In this document: positions 25,536 to 35,988 of the stretch, in pieces
How positions within the stretch are numbered: the stretch's first letter is position 1
How the letters are laid out: each line of letters opens with the position of its first letter
NCBI RefSeq assembly: GCF_006345805.1
Contig: NC_043011.1
Location: 6,448,001-6,512,000, forward strand
DNA: 64,000 bases
Origin: Octopus sinensis
Lineage: Eukaryota
Direction: 5' to 3'
The notes under the pieces: model-generated
What the model was told of the DNA's origin: nothing
The model's database searches: none
Seen by the model: only the letters and a program-made list of their open reading frames with translations
Made by a program: the position numbers and the translations under genes

Positions 25536-28500
25536 TTATTTATGTATGTATGTATGTGCCTGTGTGTATTATGTATTTCTGTCTTCTGTTTTGATAGCTT
25601 TAAATTCCGTAGTGGAAATTCAGAGCACCCAGGAGACAAGTTTTTTGACACCGTTGTGGAAATACTCCCAGTAACCCATGAACACACGAAAGATGGAACG
25701 CCGTATCCAATACTTAACCATGGTTATTACCAAGTAGCCCGCTTCAAAGCTGATGGTGTCGCTGAAGGTACAATCAAAGACAATATCGGTCCCATCAAGA
25801 TTCTTCGACTCCACTGCCAAGTCAAAAGTGATAGCTGGGCAATACTGAGTGAAGTAAGTAAACCTTTCTTTGTTGAATCACTCCCACTACCCCCCCCCCC
25901 TTCCCATCATCATCATCATCATCATTTAACGTCCATCTTCCATGCTAACATGGGTGGGACGGTACCACAAGTGACTGTTTTGGCAGGGTTTTTTACAGCT
26001 GGATGCCCTTCCTAACGCCAACCACTCAGCAGAGTGGACTTGGTACTTTTTATGTGGCACAAGCACAGGCGAGGTCAGTGGTGCTTTTAATGTGCCACAC
26101 AGGAAGCATTTTTAGTGTGGATGGTATAAAATATATGTTGTGTAAGGAGCAGAGATTGCTGTACAAACCATCGAAGCTGAGGCAATAATGGCTGTGAAAG
26201 TGTCAGAAAACATTTGTTTGCCAAGTATCTTCCTCTGACCCCTGGTCAACCGCTTCCATCCATTGGGCAGCAACTGCCCCTGCCCCAGCAAGCAGACGTT
26301 GTATAAAAGCAATACTTTTATGTAACACCACTTACCTATTTCTTTACTACCCACAAGGGGCTAAACACAGAAGGGACAAACAAGGACAGACACACGGATT
26401 AAGTCGATTATATCGACCCCAGTGCGTAACTGGTACTTATTTAATCGACTCCGAAAGGATGAAAGGCAAAGTCAACCTTGCCGGAATTTGAATTCAGGAC
26501 GTAACCGCAGACGAAATACCACTATGCATTTCGCCCAGTGTGCTAACGTTTCTACCAGCTCGCTGCCTTGACACCAGTTACCATTGTCTCTGCGTAGATG
26601 TATGTTGCTCTGTGGTACCTCTATCCCCCCTTTCTATCTCTCTCTTGTCCCTTCTCTCTTACTGCCTCTTCCTCTCACTCTGTTTACTAGACTCAATTTA
26701 TAAAAATATGTCTGTATTTTTGGCAGCGAGTGGTCAGGGAAGTGGTCAGGCCAGCTCTGCTTACTCACTTTCAGTATTGAGATGAGATAAAGATCCTTTT
26801 TTTTTTCAATTTTTGTGGATGGTCACCGTCTTCATTTCAATTCTCTCTAATTTACACAGGTTGGAGGAATCTGGATTTTGGTGAGGTGGGAAGGAGAAAT
26901 AGCACTGAATATTGGTTTCAAATTTTGGCACAAGGGAGTGAGGTAGTCAATTACATTGACCCCAGGATTCAGCTGGTACTTATTTTATCGATCCCCCAAA
27001 GACAAAAGGCAAAGTCAACATTAACAGAATTTGAACTCAGAACATGAAGACAGACAAAATGCTGCTTAGCATTTTGCTCAGCATGGTCGTGATTCTGCCA
27101 GTTTGCCATCTTAAATAGCATTGAATATTGAAGAGTTTGTTAGTTAATTTTTTGGCTCGAAAAGCAAAAAGCAAGGCCATGTAGGGGGACATGGAGTTAT
27201 GTACAGGGAGGGTGTTTATGCAAAGAGTTCAGGCCACTTGTGGTCAAGGGAGACTTTGAACCGAGCGGTCGTCGGCATCTTCACCATCTCGTCCGGCAGC
27301 TTATTCCACGGATCTGCAACCCGGATGGAGAAAGCCCCTCTCCTTCAATTGAGATGAAATCGTTGCAGATAGAGCTTTTTGGAATGACCCCGCAGCCAAC
27401 GCTCTTGAACAGGAGTGAAGAACAGCTCTTTCGAGAGGTTACACTTTCCGCTTATGATGTTGTGAGCAAGAATGAGATCACCACGGCATCGTCGTTTTTC
27501 TAGAGAAAATGGTTTGTTTTGTTCTGGTTATAGTAGAAGGGAGAGACTGTGGTCAAAGTATGGATGGGGGGGTTACTCCTGTTAGAGATTAAAAGGCCAT
27601 TGCTTGAAGGAGACTGCAGGTCTGAGAGCTGCATGCCATTGTAGATCGTGTTTAAGCTTTGTAGGAGGTGAGCAACTGTTGCGGAGTAAAATATTGGGTC
27701 TTTAGAGAAAGCCATGTTTCCATTGTCTTGAAATTCTCACATTGTTGGTGTTGTGAGACAAGGGTCAGTGGTTTGGGGAAGTTTTTAGCAGCATCCATTT
27801 GTATTTTGGTGAAGGAAATAGCACCGAAGTGGGTGGGGGTGAAGGTAAGTGCTTAAAAGCTGGCTCTGGCAAATGAGATGATGCCAGTTCAAGATGACTG
27901 GTAAAAACATGATTATGACCTGAGAGGGAGAGAGAGAGAGGTTATAACGACAGTGATGGGGGTGATGTAGGAAGAGTGGAAATGTAATGGCTATTATTGT
28001 TAGTAGAAAAGAATTAGAGGGTCAGTGGTTTGTGGAGAAGGGAGAGAGAGGGGCTGCAGGTTTCAGACTTGTATTAAAAAAATGCAAAAAGAACCCCATT
28101 AACCTGGTCATGGTTGTTGTGTTGTCACGGGTCAGTTGTGATGCATCAGACCTGTGACTAAGTGTTTCAACTGTAACCATCCTGTCTTTACTCTTTTACT
28201 CTTTTACTTGTTTCAGTCATTTGACTGTGGCCATGCTGGAGCACCGCCTTTAATCGAGCAACTCGACCCCGGGACTTATTCTTTTGTAAGCCCAGTACTT
28301 ATTCTATCGGTCTCTTTTGCCGAACCGCTAAGTAACGGGAACATAAACACACCAGCATCGGTTGTCAAGCAATGCTAGGAGGACAAACACAGACACACAA
28401 ACACGTACACACACACACATATATATATATATACATATATACGACAGGCTTCTTTCAGTTTCCACTCACAATGCATTGGTCGGCCCGAGGCTATAGCAGA

Positions 28501-29490
28501 AGACACTTGCCCAAGATGCCATGCAGTGGGACTGAACCCGGAACCATGTGGTTGGTTAGCAAGCTACTTACCACAGAGCCACTCCTGCGCCTTATATTTT
28601 TTTTAATTATGCAAATTATATTGGCTACAAATAATAACTCTTCCCCTGCGTAAGAATTGACCAAATGATCCAACAAATTTGTTTAGATATTGCTTTGTCG
28701 ATGAGGTCACATAGGCTGAAAAATGTCCATAGTTGTTTCCCTTACCTGCAAGCAAAGCTCAGACTGTCATCTCCGTTAATTACGTAAATTAACTTTGAGA
28801 GAATAATTCTTAATTTCCTGAAATTATATTTCCTTTTCTTTGCAAGTTGCTCACCATTACCACGAGATTTTTGTTTTCCTTCTTCAATAACAGGGAAAAA
28901 TTTCAGTTTAGAATTTTTTTTATGACAATCCATACTTCACACTTTAACATAAGCTATCTAGGACTACATTATCCAATGTGTTTTTCTGTATTTCAAGAGT
29001 GTAGGGTGTAATTTAGGGGGCTGTTATGCTTAGCACATAAAAGGGTAAAGACTCCCTTCAGTCATGAATGACCATGGGATTACACCTACAAAGTTATCCT
29101 CCGAGGCGCAAGTCCAGGCAAGGATGACCAGCAGTCGCCCATGCATACCAGCCTCCCCAGTTCACTCCACTGATGTTATCCAAGGGAAAGGCAAAGGGGC
29201 CCGATACAGCTTGGTACCTGTGACATCACAACTCATTTCTATGGCTGAGTCAACTGGAGCAACATGAAATAAAGTGTCTTGCTCAAGAACACAACACACA
29301 GCTGGGTCCAGGAATTGAACTCGCTATCTCATGGTTGTGAGCCTGATGCTCTAAAGTGCTCTTATTGATGTTTCCTTTGTACCTAAACTCCGTAATGGTG
29401 GTGGTGGTGGCTGTAGTAGTAATAGTAATGATGATAATGTCTTTTTTTCTTTTCTAATTTCAGATTTATATTAAAGCGAAGACAAGCTGA
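8..29490 (+). CDS. MGAT4: Alpha-1,3-mannosyl-glycoprotein 4-beta-N-acetylglucosaminyltransferase (GnT-IV, MGAT4A/B-like); 5'-incomplete spliced CDS, join(8-141,6599-6648,11262-11375,11593-11668,12404-12518,13384-13514,19986-20093,21543-21736,25598-25853,29464-29490)
   Basis: Ten exons with canonical AG/GT boundaries and compatible phases total 1205 nt (2 nt + 401 codons including the stop). The translation carries recognisable GT54/MGAT4 motifs: [85 protein letters not shown]. Confidence 0.96.
581..680. other. Assembly gap (100 N)
   Basis: A run of exactly 100 N, a typical placeholder of unknown true size. Confidence 0.99.
703..990 (+). mobile_element. Penelope-like element terminal repeat (pLTR-like), copy 1
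   Basis: Direct repeat of 1604-1890; carries a minimal hammerhead-like motif at 851-888, a known trait of PLE termini. Confidence 0.6.
851..888 (+). ncRNA. Minimal type-I hammerhead-ribozyme-like motif, copy 1 (variant core CUGUUGA)
   Basis: UCUUU-CUGUUGA-A-GAGC(GUAG)GCUC-GAA-ACGU-U-AAAGA: helix I of 5 bp, helix II of 4 bp, and palindromic ACGU helix III. Confidence 0.5.
1285..1582 (+). repeat. About 3 copies of a ~115-125 bp degenerate minisatellite (ATACATACTAAT...CACGTCCAGACCCC..TACGCAC)
   Basis: Unit recurrence is visible, e.g. cacgtcca at ~1352, ~1464 and ~1558. Confidence 0.7.
1604..1890 (+). mobile_element. Penelope-like element terminal repeat (pLTR-like), copy 2
   Basis: Direct repeat of 703-990; ends in (TA)n. 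Confidence 0.6.
1751..1788 (+). ncRNA. Minimal type-I hammerhead-ribozyme-like motif, copy 2
   Basis: Identical to 851-888. Confidence 0.5.
1888..2240. repeat. (TA)n/(TATG)n compound microsatellite
   Basis: Direct inspection. Confidence 0.95.
2250..4139 (+). mobile_element. 5'-truncated, inactivated RTE-clade LINE (RT domain, 3' UTR and (GAT)n tail)
   Basis: [47 protein letters not shown] and GRGRPRKTW. Frameshifts and in-frame stops at 2902, 3304 and 3334. ORF ends at 3627; tail GATGATGATGAT at ~4125-4139. Confidence 0.92.
4143..4524 (-). mobile_element. tRNA-type SINE family A (full length)
   Basis: Reverse complement of the head CAGGAGTGGCTGTGTGGTAAGTAGC...GGTTCAGTCCC (A/B-box-like), central (TA/TG)n and tail CCAGCATGGCCGCAGTCAAATGACTGAAAC..AAAAGAGT; more than 15 copies in the window. 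Confidence 0.85.
5408..5966 (-). mobile_element. SINE family A interrupted by an RTE 3'-tail fragment (5622-5806, +)
   Basis: The SINE halves flank a segment homologous to 3955-4139. Confidence 0.85.
6599..6648 (+). CDS. MGAT4: MGAT4-like 50-nt exon: [16 protein letters not shown](E)
   Basis: Polypyrimidine tract plus ctttgcag acceptor; GTAAGT donor at 6649. Phase 0 in and phase 2 out join both neighbours in frame. Confidence 0.88.
6999..7956 (+). mobile_element. RTE LINE derivative with two large internal deletions
   Basis: [15 protein letters not shown]...[10 protein letters not shown] is joined to a 33-nt piece matching 2777-2809, then to 3' UTR matching 3691 onward; (GAT)n tail. Confidence 0.8.
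9934..11222 (+). mobile_element. Decayed mariner (DD34D) DNA transposon
   Basis: Frame-shifted motifs [61 protein letters not shown] and GEYFEGD*. Right end resembles a mariner TIR; left TIR is truncated. Confidence 0.9.
11262..11375 (+). CDS. MGAT4: MGAT4-like exon: (E)[37 protein letters not shown](R)
   Basis: ttccttag acceptor; GTACGT donor; [12 protein letters not shown] motif. Confidence 0.95.
11593..11668 (+). CDS. MGAT4: MGAT4-like exon: (R)[25 protein letters not shown]
   Basis: cttccag acceptor; GTAGGT donor; WRTKQNLD motif. Confidence 0.96.
11737..12120 (+). mobile_element. SINE family A, diverged
   Basis: Homology to other family A copies. Confidence 0.75.
12404..12518 (+). CDS. 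MGAT4: MGAT4-like exon: [38 protein letters not shown](G)
   Basis: ctcttcag acceptor; GTAAGC donor; contains the conserved LEDD acidic motif. Confidence 0.96.
12600..13110 (-). mobile_element. CR1/L2-superfamily LINE 3' fragment
   Basis: [32 protein letters not shown]...[18 protein letters not shown]...F, followed by 3' UTR and a (TTA)-rich tail. Confidence 0.85.
13384..13514 (+). CDS. MGAT4: MGAT4-like exon: (G)[43 protein letters not shown]
   Basis: gtttcag acceptor; GTAAGT donor; PIDWLL and K.CNP.KD motifs. Confidence 0.96.
13765..14465 (+). repeat. ~700 bp polypyrimidine (CTTT/TTTC-rich) low-complexity tract
   Basis: Nearly all T/C with sparse G; source of the F/S/L-only ORFs. Confidence 0.95.
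14553..14940 (+). mobile_element. SINE family A, diverged
   Basis: Homology to other family A copies. Confidence 0.8.
15324..15597 (+). mobile_element. RTE 3'-UTR/tail fragment
   Basis: Homologous to 3820-4139; (GAT)n tail. Confidence 0.85.
16616..17043 (-). mobile_element. SINE family A (full length)
   Basis: Near-consensus copy. Confidence 0.88.
17898..18322 (+). mobile_element. SINE family A (full length)
   Basis: Near-consensus copy, inverted relative to 16616-17043. Confidence 0.88.
18992..19220 (+). mobile_element. SINE family B inserted in a family A copy (18675-19250, -)
   Basis: GGCGAGCTGGCAGAAACGTTAGC...GAGTTCAAATTC...GCCCCTTGTGGGTAGTAAAGAAAT; TSD AGGTACAGTA at 18979-18988 and 19221-19230. 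Confidence 0.85.
19652..19868 (+). mobile_element. SINE family B
   Basis: Near-consensus copy. Confidence 0.85.
19986..20093 (+). CDS. MGAT4: MGAT4-like exon: [36 protein letters not shown]
   Basis: catttcag acceptor; GTGAGT donor; KPSLFQHxG..SSL.GKIQKL motif. Absent from the ORF track. Confidence 0.95.
20412..20632. mobile_element. piggyBac-type MITE, family P1
   Basis: TTAA-CCCTTTAGTGTT ... AATGCTGAAGGG-TTAT; internal homology to 57518-57737. Confidence 0.75.
21543..21736 (+). CDS. MGAT4: MGAT4-like exon (start of C-terminal lectin domain): [64 protein letters not shown](S)
   Basis: ttttcag acceptor; GTAAGT donor; [19 protein letters not shown] motif. Confidence 0.95.
21890..22043. mobile_element. 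Fold-back/MITE-like palindrome
   Basis: Imperfect ~65-70 bp arms (ATAATTG..CAGGA..AAGGCAA.CATCTCAAGTCATAT.AATATTATTA) around a short spacer. Confidence 0.7.
22780..23191 (-). mobile_element. SINE family A, diverged
   Basis: Homology to other family A copies. Confidence 0.75.
23390..23880 (-). mobile_element. Highly decayed LINE-like RT fragment
   Basis: Remnant [15 protein letters not shown] resembles the RT motif [11 protein letters not shown]; S/P/L-rich decayed frames. Confidence 0.35.
24174..24588 (+). mobile_element. SINE family A (full length)
   Basis: Near-consensus copy. Confidence 0.88.
25070..25452 (+). mobile_element. SINE family A
   Basis: Near full length; ends ~145 nt upstream of the 25598 acceptor. 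Confidence 0.85.
25598..25853 (+). CDS. MGAT4: MGAT4-like exon (lectin domain): (S)[85 protein letters not shown]
   Basis: ttgatag acceptor; GTAAGT donor; FRSGN.EHP.D and W.ILSE motifs. Confidence 0.95.
26336..26563 (-). mobile_element. SINE family B
   Basis: Reverse complement of family B. Confidence 0.85.
27150..27503 (-). mobile_element. CR1-type LINE 3' fragment (second lineage)
   Basis: [19 protein letters not shown]...LRGHSKKL...[21 protein letters not shown]...FKVSLD. Confidence 0.85.
28187..28591 (-). mobile_element. SINE family A
   Basis: Near-consensus copy with a small internal deletion. Confidence 0.85.
29045..29355 (-). mobile_element. tRNA-type SINE family C (related pieces at 40470-40695 and 61570-61850, both -)
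   Basis: On the - strand, a B-box-like GAGTTCAATTCC is followed by GTGTTGTGTTCTTGAGCAAGACACTTTATTTCATGTTGCTCCAG, shared among the three loci. Confidence 0.7.
29464..29490 (+). CDS. MGAT4: MGAT4-like terminal coding exon: IYIKAKTS*
   Basis: Long U-rich tract plus aatttcag acceptor; phase 0; parallels the short vertebrate terminal IFxKK exon; TGA at 29488-29490. Confidence 0.85.
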   Translation: MYIKAKTS

Positions 29491-29544
29491 TTGTTACAGT
29501 TATTGTTGTTGTTCTTGTTATTCTTGCTGTCAAAAAAAAAAAAC

Positions 29545-29550
29545 AATAAA
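29545..29550 (+). promoter_or_regulatory. Candidate polyadenylation signal (AATAAA) of the MGAT4-like gene
   Basis: First AATAAA downstream of the stop codon. It lies in an A-rich stretch, so it may be chance. Confidence 0.25.
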
Positions 29551-30849
29551 AATGAAAACAAAAAAAAAATAGCAGACATCAACCAACTTTACCCAAAGAC
29601 AGAATTTTTTTAAAAAATCCAAAGCAAAACAGGAAGGCAGCGATGGGTGAGCAAAGTCTCTCCCCCCGACTCCCCAACTTGGGTAAAGACAAGTTTGGAT
29701 GTTGACCAAAGTTATGATGCTGCAGGGTACCAACTGGTGGATGTAGCAGATGATAAACAGTCAGTAGACCTAACTATCACCTCTGAACATTTGGTGCTAT
29801 CTTTATATGGCTTAACCGATGTCCAAACTGATCACTTGGCACCATTTCCTTCTCCTACACCATTTTTTTCCCTTTCTTTCTCTTCATTCAATTGGTTTTT
29901 CTTTTTTTATTCTTTTTTCGTTTGCGTTCTTTTTTCTGGTGAATTGTTTTTTTTTTTCTCTTATTTTTTTGTCCAGTTTTTGTTAATTTCATTTTTATTT
30001 CTTTTTACATTCCCCCCTCCCCCCCGCTAAAAGTTTTCATATATTTTCCTTCCTGTTTCAAAGGATTTCTTGTACAACTAATTTGATAGACGCACACCCA
30101 CTGCGCCCACACCCTCATCTTACACTCCTTCTCTTGGTGTGTGTATGTGTGTGAAGATGGAAAGGTAAAACAGTGGTCTTGTGATTGCGTTCATGTGTGT
30201 GTGTGTGTGTGTGTGTGTAAGGAATGCACCAATACATGGAAGCACTTGTACATCTCTCTATATAAAAATGTATATATATGTGTGTGTATGTTTGTGTCTG
30301 TACATATATACGTATACATACACACACACACACACACACACATATATACATGTGTCACATACATGTCACATGCACGCAATCTTTGGCTATGAGGGGTTGG
30401 AAAAAATAAAAAAAGGGCTGTTCCAAGATTTGAATTCCATTAGAAATCCATTTCTCTTGAGACAAATATTTTCTTGTTCCTTGATGCAATCTGCTCCCTT
30501 GCCTCCATTTTTTTTCATCATCATCATCATCATCGTCATTATTTAAACTTGTGCTGTTTGTGGAAGACTTCTTTCTTAAGAAACCTTGACCATCAACAAC
30601 ATCATCATCATCATCTTCATCATGATGGGGGTGGGAGGAGGTGAGTTGATGCAAGCAGGAGAGATCAAGATGTGGTTTGGCTTCACTTTGGCCTCTCCCT
30701 GTTTTGTATCTGAATCTTGTTCAGCTTAATTTTGAATTAAACTCTTGCTTCTCTAAGGTCAACAACAATGGCCTAGAGTCAGTAATATTTAATTGATTAT
30801 ACCCACTCCCCCCCCTTTTTTTTTAACAGTTAAATGCCTTTGCAGAAGA

Positions 30850-32027
30850 CTATTATTATTATTACTATTATTATTATTATTATTATTATTATTAAGCTGG
30901 CAGAATTGTTAGCATGCAGGACAAAATGCTTAGCGACATTTCATCAGTCTTTAGATTGTGAGTTCAGATTACGCCGAAGTCAACTTCGGTTTAGAATTTT
31001 TTTTCTCTTGGGATCGTTAAAATAAAAGTACCAGTGAAGTACAAGCACTGATGTTATCAAGTAACCTACTAAGTACCAGTTGAGCACAGGGGACAATGTA
31101 ACCAACTTACCCTCCCCCCACTGAACTTTGCTGGCCTTGTGCCAAAATTCGAAGCCACTTCCTTCTTATTATTATTTGTATAATGGGCAGCTCAGCTCTT
31201 GCTTAATGTCCTCTGCTAAAGCACAGATGTCGCTGCTGGTCACTGGTCACATGACATTGACCCCTGCAGTGTTATTGTTGAGAAATAGATATTCTAGGAC
31301 AGAATTCTAAAATTCTTATTATTATTCATTATTTTTCATTATATTTATTCTCTGACACTCAGGTAAACGACCTTAATTCCTGGTTTTTTCTTTTCTTGAA
31401 AGCAGTTAATAGCAAATTACCAAAGGTTTCAAGTAGAGACAAGACTTTCCTTAGGATATAAGAGTCTGTAAAATAAAACACCAGTCAAGTTCTTGGCTTG
31501 ATGCAATCCGCTATGCCCCTCACCCTCTAAAACTGTTGGACTTCTGCCAAAATTACGATTATTTAAATTTTTATTACATAATGTCTTTGCTGTTATATAT
31601 ATATATATATTTTTTTTGTTCCGAATTAAATGAATGCCAGAGTACATCTTGATGTCCCTGAATTCTTAACTGGCCATTTATTTTGTTTTGTTTATTTTTT
31701 GTTTTTGTAATTGTGCCTTGTAGGGAGACTGATTCTGTAGGATAACAGGGTCCCCCGTAAAATTGGTGTGTCATGAATTGATACCATCGCATAAATTTTT
31801 ATCTTGCTAGGCTGTGCATTTGACAGACTCAGTAGAGCGTCAGGCAAAATTCCTCGTGGTATTTAGTGTGGCTTTTCACTTTCTGAGTTCAAATCCTATT
31901 AAAGTCAATATTTTTCTTTCTCTTGGGGGTTGTTAAAATAAAAGTACCAGTGAAGTACAGGCACTGATGTTATCAAGTAACCCTCTCCCGCCAATCAGAG
32001 TTGTTGGTCTTGTGCCAAAATAAGAAC

Positions 32028-32081
<54 letters not shown>

Positions 32082-32847
32082 GGTGGTGAGCTGACAGAAT
32101 AATTAGCATGCTGTACAAAATGCTTGATGGCATTTTGATTGTTTTCACATTCTGAGTTCAAGTTCTCTGAGGCTGACTTTACCTTTCATCCTTTTGGGGT
32201 CAATAAATTATCAGTTGTGCCTTTAGTAGAAAGGATTATTATTATTATTATTATTGTTCAGTAGTTTTATTTTTATAGCGTGCTTTCACTTCACTACCGA
32301 ACGCAGCTCTGTGTGCCTTGGGTATGTGCTGTGATTTGTTGTGATGCTCTGATGGTTATTGTATGGAAAGTGTTCTGCGTAGGATGTGTGCAGTGCCTAG
32401 TAGTGCAATTTTCTGTATGTTATATGTGTTTGTCAGTCCTGGTGTTTTTGTTATGTATTTGTCTGAATATTTTTTTATCATACCTAATGCGCCTACTATG
32501 ATAGGAATTGTTTGTTTTTAGATTCCACATTTGAGTTACCTCTATTTCCAGGTCTTTGTATTTTGATTTTTCTTTGTCTATTTCTTTTGCATTTAGTTTA
32601 GTCCAGTATTTGCCATGAAGGGGCTTTTCTTGCCATCGTTTTATCATGGTCCATTGCTGTTCCAGATTTAGTTTGGATTTCATTTGTTTTACAGCTTTTG
32701 TGTTTCTTCTTCTTCATATTTGTTAGGTGGTATGATTTCTTGTTTGTATTTGTCAGCTTCCTTAAATACTGAGAACAGTTTTTTGTTTTGCTCGTGTTTT
32801 GCCACTATTTGTATCAGTTTTCCTCCACATAATTCTGCAGTTACTTG

Positions 32848-32881
<34 letters not shown>

Positions 32882-33402
32882 GTACCAGTCAAGTACTGTG
32901 GTTCATTTGCCTAATTATTTCTCCCTACCAAAAGAATGTCGGCCCCTTGGTCTATGTCAGGCATAAAATAGTAATATTTCCCTGCTCTTGGGTGAAAAGG
33001 CCTGAAATTTTGTGGGCTGGAGCTTGTTGATTACATCAACCTCATTGTGTGACTGGTACTTATTTTATCAAGCCCGAAAAGATGAAAGGCAAAACTGGAC
33101 CTCGGCAGGATTTGAACACAGAACGCAAAGGTGGATGAAATGCCTCTGAGCATTTCATCCAGCATGCTAATCACTCTGCCAGCTTGCTGTCTTAACAGCA
33201 ACAACAACGATGATGATAGTAATAATTCTTATGGGCACAAAGCCTGAAATTTTGGGAGAGGTGGGGGGGCTAGTTGATTACCTTGACCCTCCGTGCATAA
33301 CTGGTTCTTATCCTTTCTCTAAAAGGATGAAAAGCAAAGCCGACCTTGCTGGAAGAAATAGTGCAAAGCATTTTGTCCAGCATTCTAACGACTCTGCCAG
33401 TA

Positions 33403-33454
<52 letters not shown>

Positions 33455-35072
33455 CCTTTCTACTAAAGGCACAGGGCATGAAATTTGGAGGAAGGGGACC
33501 AGTCAATTACATTGACCTCAATGTTTCACTGGTACTTGATTTATTGACCCCTGAAAGGATGAAAGGTAAAGCCAACCTCAACGGGATTTGAACTCAGAAC
33601 GATGCTGCTAAGCATTTTGCCCGGTGTGCTAAATGATACCACCAGCTTGCTGCAATAATAATGATAATACTAATACTAATAACAATGATGATAATAATGA
33701 CTGAGGTGGGCAATAGATTGGTATATACTTTGTGGTATATTCACCTGTATCAATCTGTGGTCTGGATTTGAAATCTAGTTGAAGCTGACTTTATCTTGGA
33801 TCCTGAAGGGTCTAAGATATATTTTTAAGGGTTGCTTACTAAAGTAAGTACCAGTCATCTATTGGGTCATTTTCACTGATAGTCTCCCTACCTCCCACCC
33901 TTAACTAATTTACAGTCTGGTGTAAAATGTAAAATATTTTAACCCCTAGTTGGGATGATGATGATGATGATGATGATGAAGGCCAAATTAATCCGGAAGT
34001 GACATTAGCATTTTTTTTCTGTTGGAAAAAAGGAACGACAGTATTCTATGTTATACCAGTAATATACTGGGGAGAGATCACGGGTAGGATGGGGGATGTT
34101 GACAGAGTTGAATTCCAAATTTTTATAATTTATCTTACAACAACTTTGTTCTCGCCTTTTAACATTTGGTGTCTGTCTAATTAACACAAGAATTAATTAT
34201 TGATGTGAATGTGTCTGTGCGTGAGATGGGGGGGGGGAGAGAGAGTGAGCATGTGTGGGTTTAATTGCTGACAAGAAGTTTACTGCTCCCCTAGTCCCCT
34301 TTCTCAAAAACTCAGGGTAGAGGCAGATGGCCCCAAGGTGAATAAAGTACCAGATGATCAGTACTCTAAATCAGTTGCATTTCTCCTGTACTCTCGTACT
34401 CACTAACTGATGACCAGGCTGAAGGACAGTGTGACCTCTTGTCATCTCTTGTTGCAATTGTCTTATTTGGTTCTGGGTTATTATCCTAAAAAAATCTCCC
34501 CCAGTTTCACTACACTACCATCTATGGAGAGATAGGAATCGGGGGCAGATCTTCTGGTGGTGGGTTTGGGTTTTTTTTTTTGTTCTCTCCCCTTTGGTTT
34601 GTCACAATATATACTGGTTCTCTGTCCATCAGTTGGTCAGGTGGCTGCAGCCGCAGATCTGTTTCCCTTTCATTCTCACATGTGGCTTAATACCATGAAG
34701 TTGGAGTTAGGCACCCAATCCAGCATCAACGCCCCCGCCACTACCACCACCACCATCACCACCACTACTATCATCATCATCATCATCATCAGTCGTTGTC
34801 TGAAATCCTTTACTGCTGATTCTTAATAAACACACATTCTTTATGTTGAAACCCCTCGTTGTTCCACCTGGTCCCTCGCTGATTGCAATCAAAGCTGAGA
34901 AATGACTGAGGTGGAGGGAAGGGTGTGATTTTTTTTTCTTCTTTCATTGTTTATGGGGAAAATAAAGGGTCTCCTTTTTTTAAAACTTTTATCAGGGAAA
35001 GGCATGAATGTCATAACTCACAAATGTTTTCTTTTTGTCCCTTAAGTTTCTTAATTTTCAAGTGAGTATGAC

Positions 35073-35108
<36 letters not shown>

Positions 35109-35300
35109 GGCTGTTGACTGGCAGAATAGTGGTGGTATTCATTCTGGCTCTCTTACATTCTGAGTTTGAATTCTGCTGAGGTCAGTTTTTGCCTTCCATG
35201 CTTTTGCAGTTGATATAATAAAATAACAGCCAGGTACAGGGGTTGATGTAATAGACTTTCCCCTTCTCCTCTAAATTGCAGGCCTTGTGCCAAAATTTGA
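30850..35300. mobile_element. Cluster of diverged family-B-related SINEs with (ATT)n tails in both orientations
   Basis: Repeated AGCTGGCAGAAT..TTAGCATG / GAGTTCAAAT / GGCCTTGTGCCAAAA motifs at ~30895, 31805, 32080, 32880-33660 (-) and 35110. Confidence 0.7.
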
Positions 35301-35988
35301 AAGCAGATTCAGGGGCGGGAATAACTTGATCAACAGAGGAGCCCCTGCTATATTGATTCCATACGGGATCTTAAAGGACAGTTTGTGGGGTTTTAAATAA
35401 TCCTATCACAACTAACTTTATCCTATTAAGGGTCTCTAATATACCTGACTATGTAGGGACTAGAATTAATAGAGCTTTCGGCAAAATGCCTTGTGGTTAT
35501 TTAGTTCAAATCTTGACCAACTTCACTCCCTTTCATTTTGGCAATTTTTCCAAAAATATAATTTTGAGGTAAAAAAAAATTTGATTTTCCTCTTCAAGAT
35601 AGTGCTTCAGGATGGCCACAACCCAGTGAGTGAAGCTAATCAGATAGTTACAGACTCTACTGAATGAAGTGCTCCAGTATGGCTACAGCCCATACTTGAG
35701 CACCTGTCTTGCAATGGCAGATTTCACAGATCTAGATTCCACTAGTTTCCACATTTCCAATAAAAGATAAAATCAAGACCAACATGCTGTGCCTCTCAAT
35801 TAGTGTCTCATATTAATTGCAGATAATTACTAAGTTCGTTATTGTTGTTAAGCACTATAAGCATCCAATTTGAGTTGGTAATTAATCTTAGTAATTTGAT
35901 GTTTTGCAAGGGATGTTTATATTTCTACATATATATTCTAGCAATATGTACACCCACTGTGTGTGTGTGTGTGTGTGTGTGTTTGTGT

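Noticed and set aside
29647-30030. 127-aa ORF just after the MGAT4 stop
   Set aside because: Starts at GTG, has no recognisable family, runs into poly-T, and lies in the probable 3' UTR.
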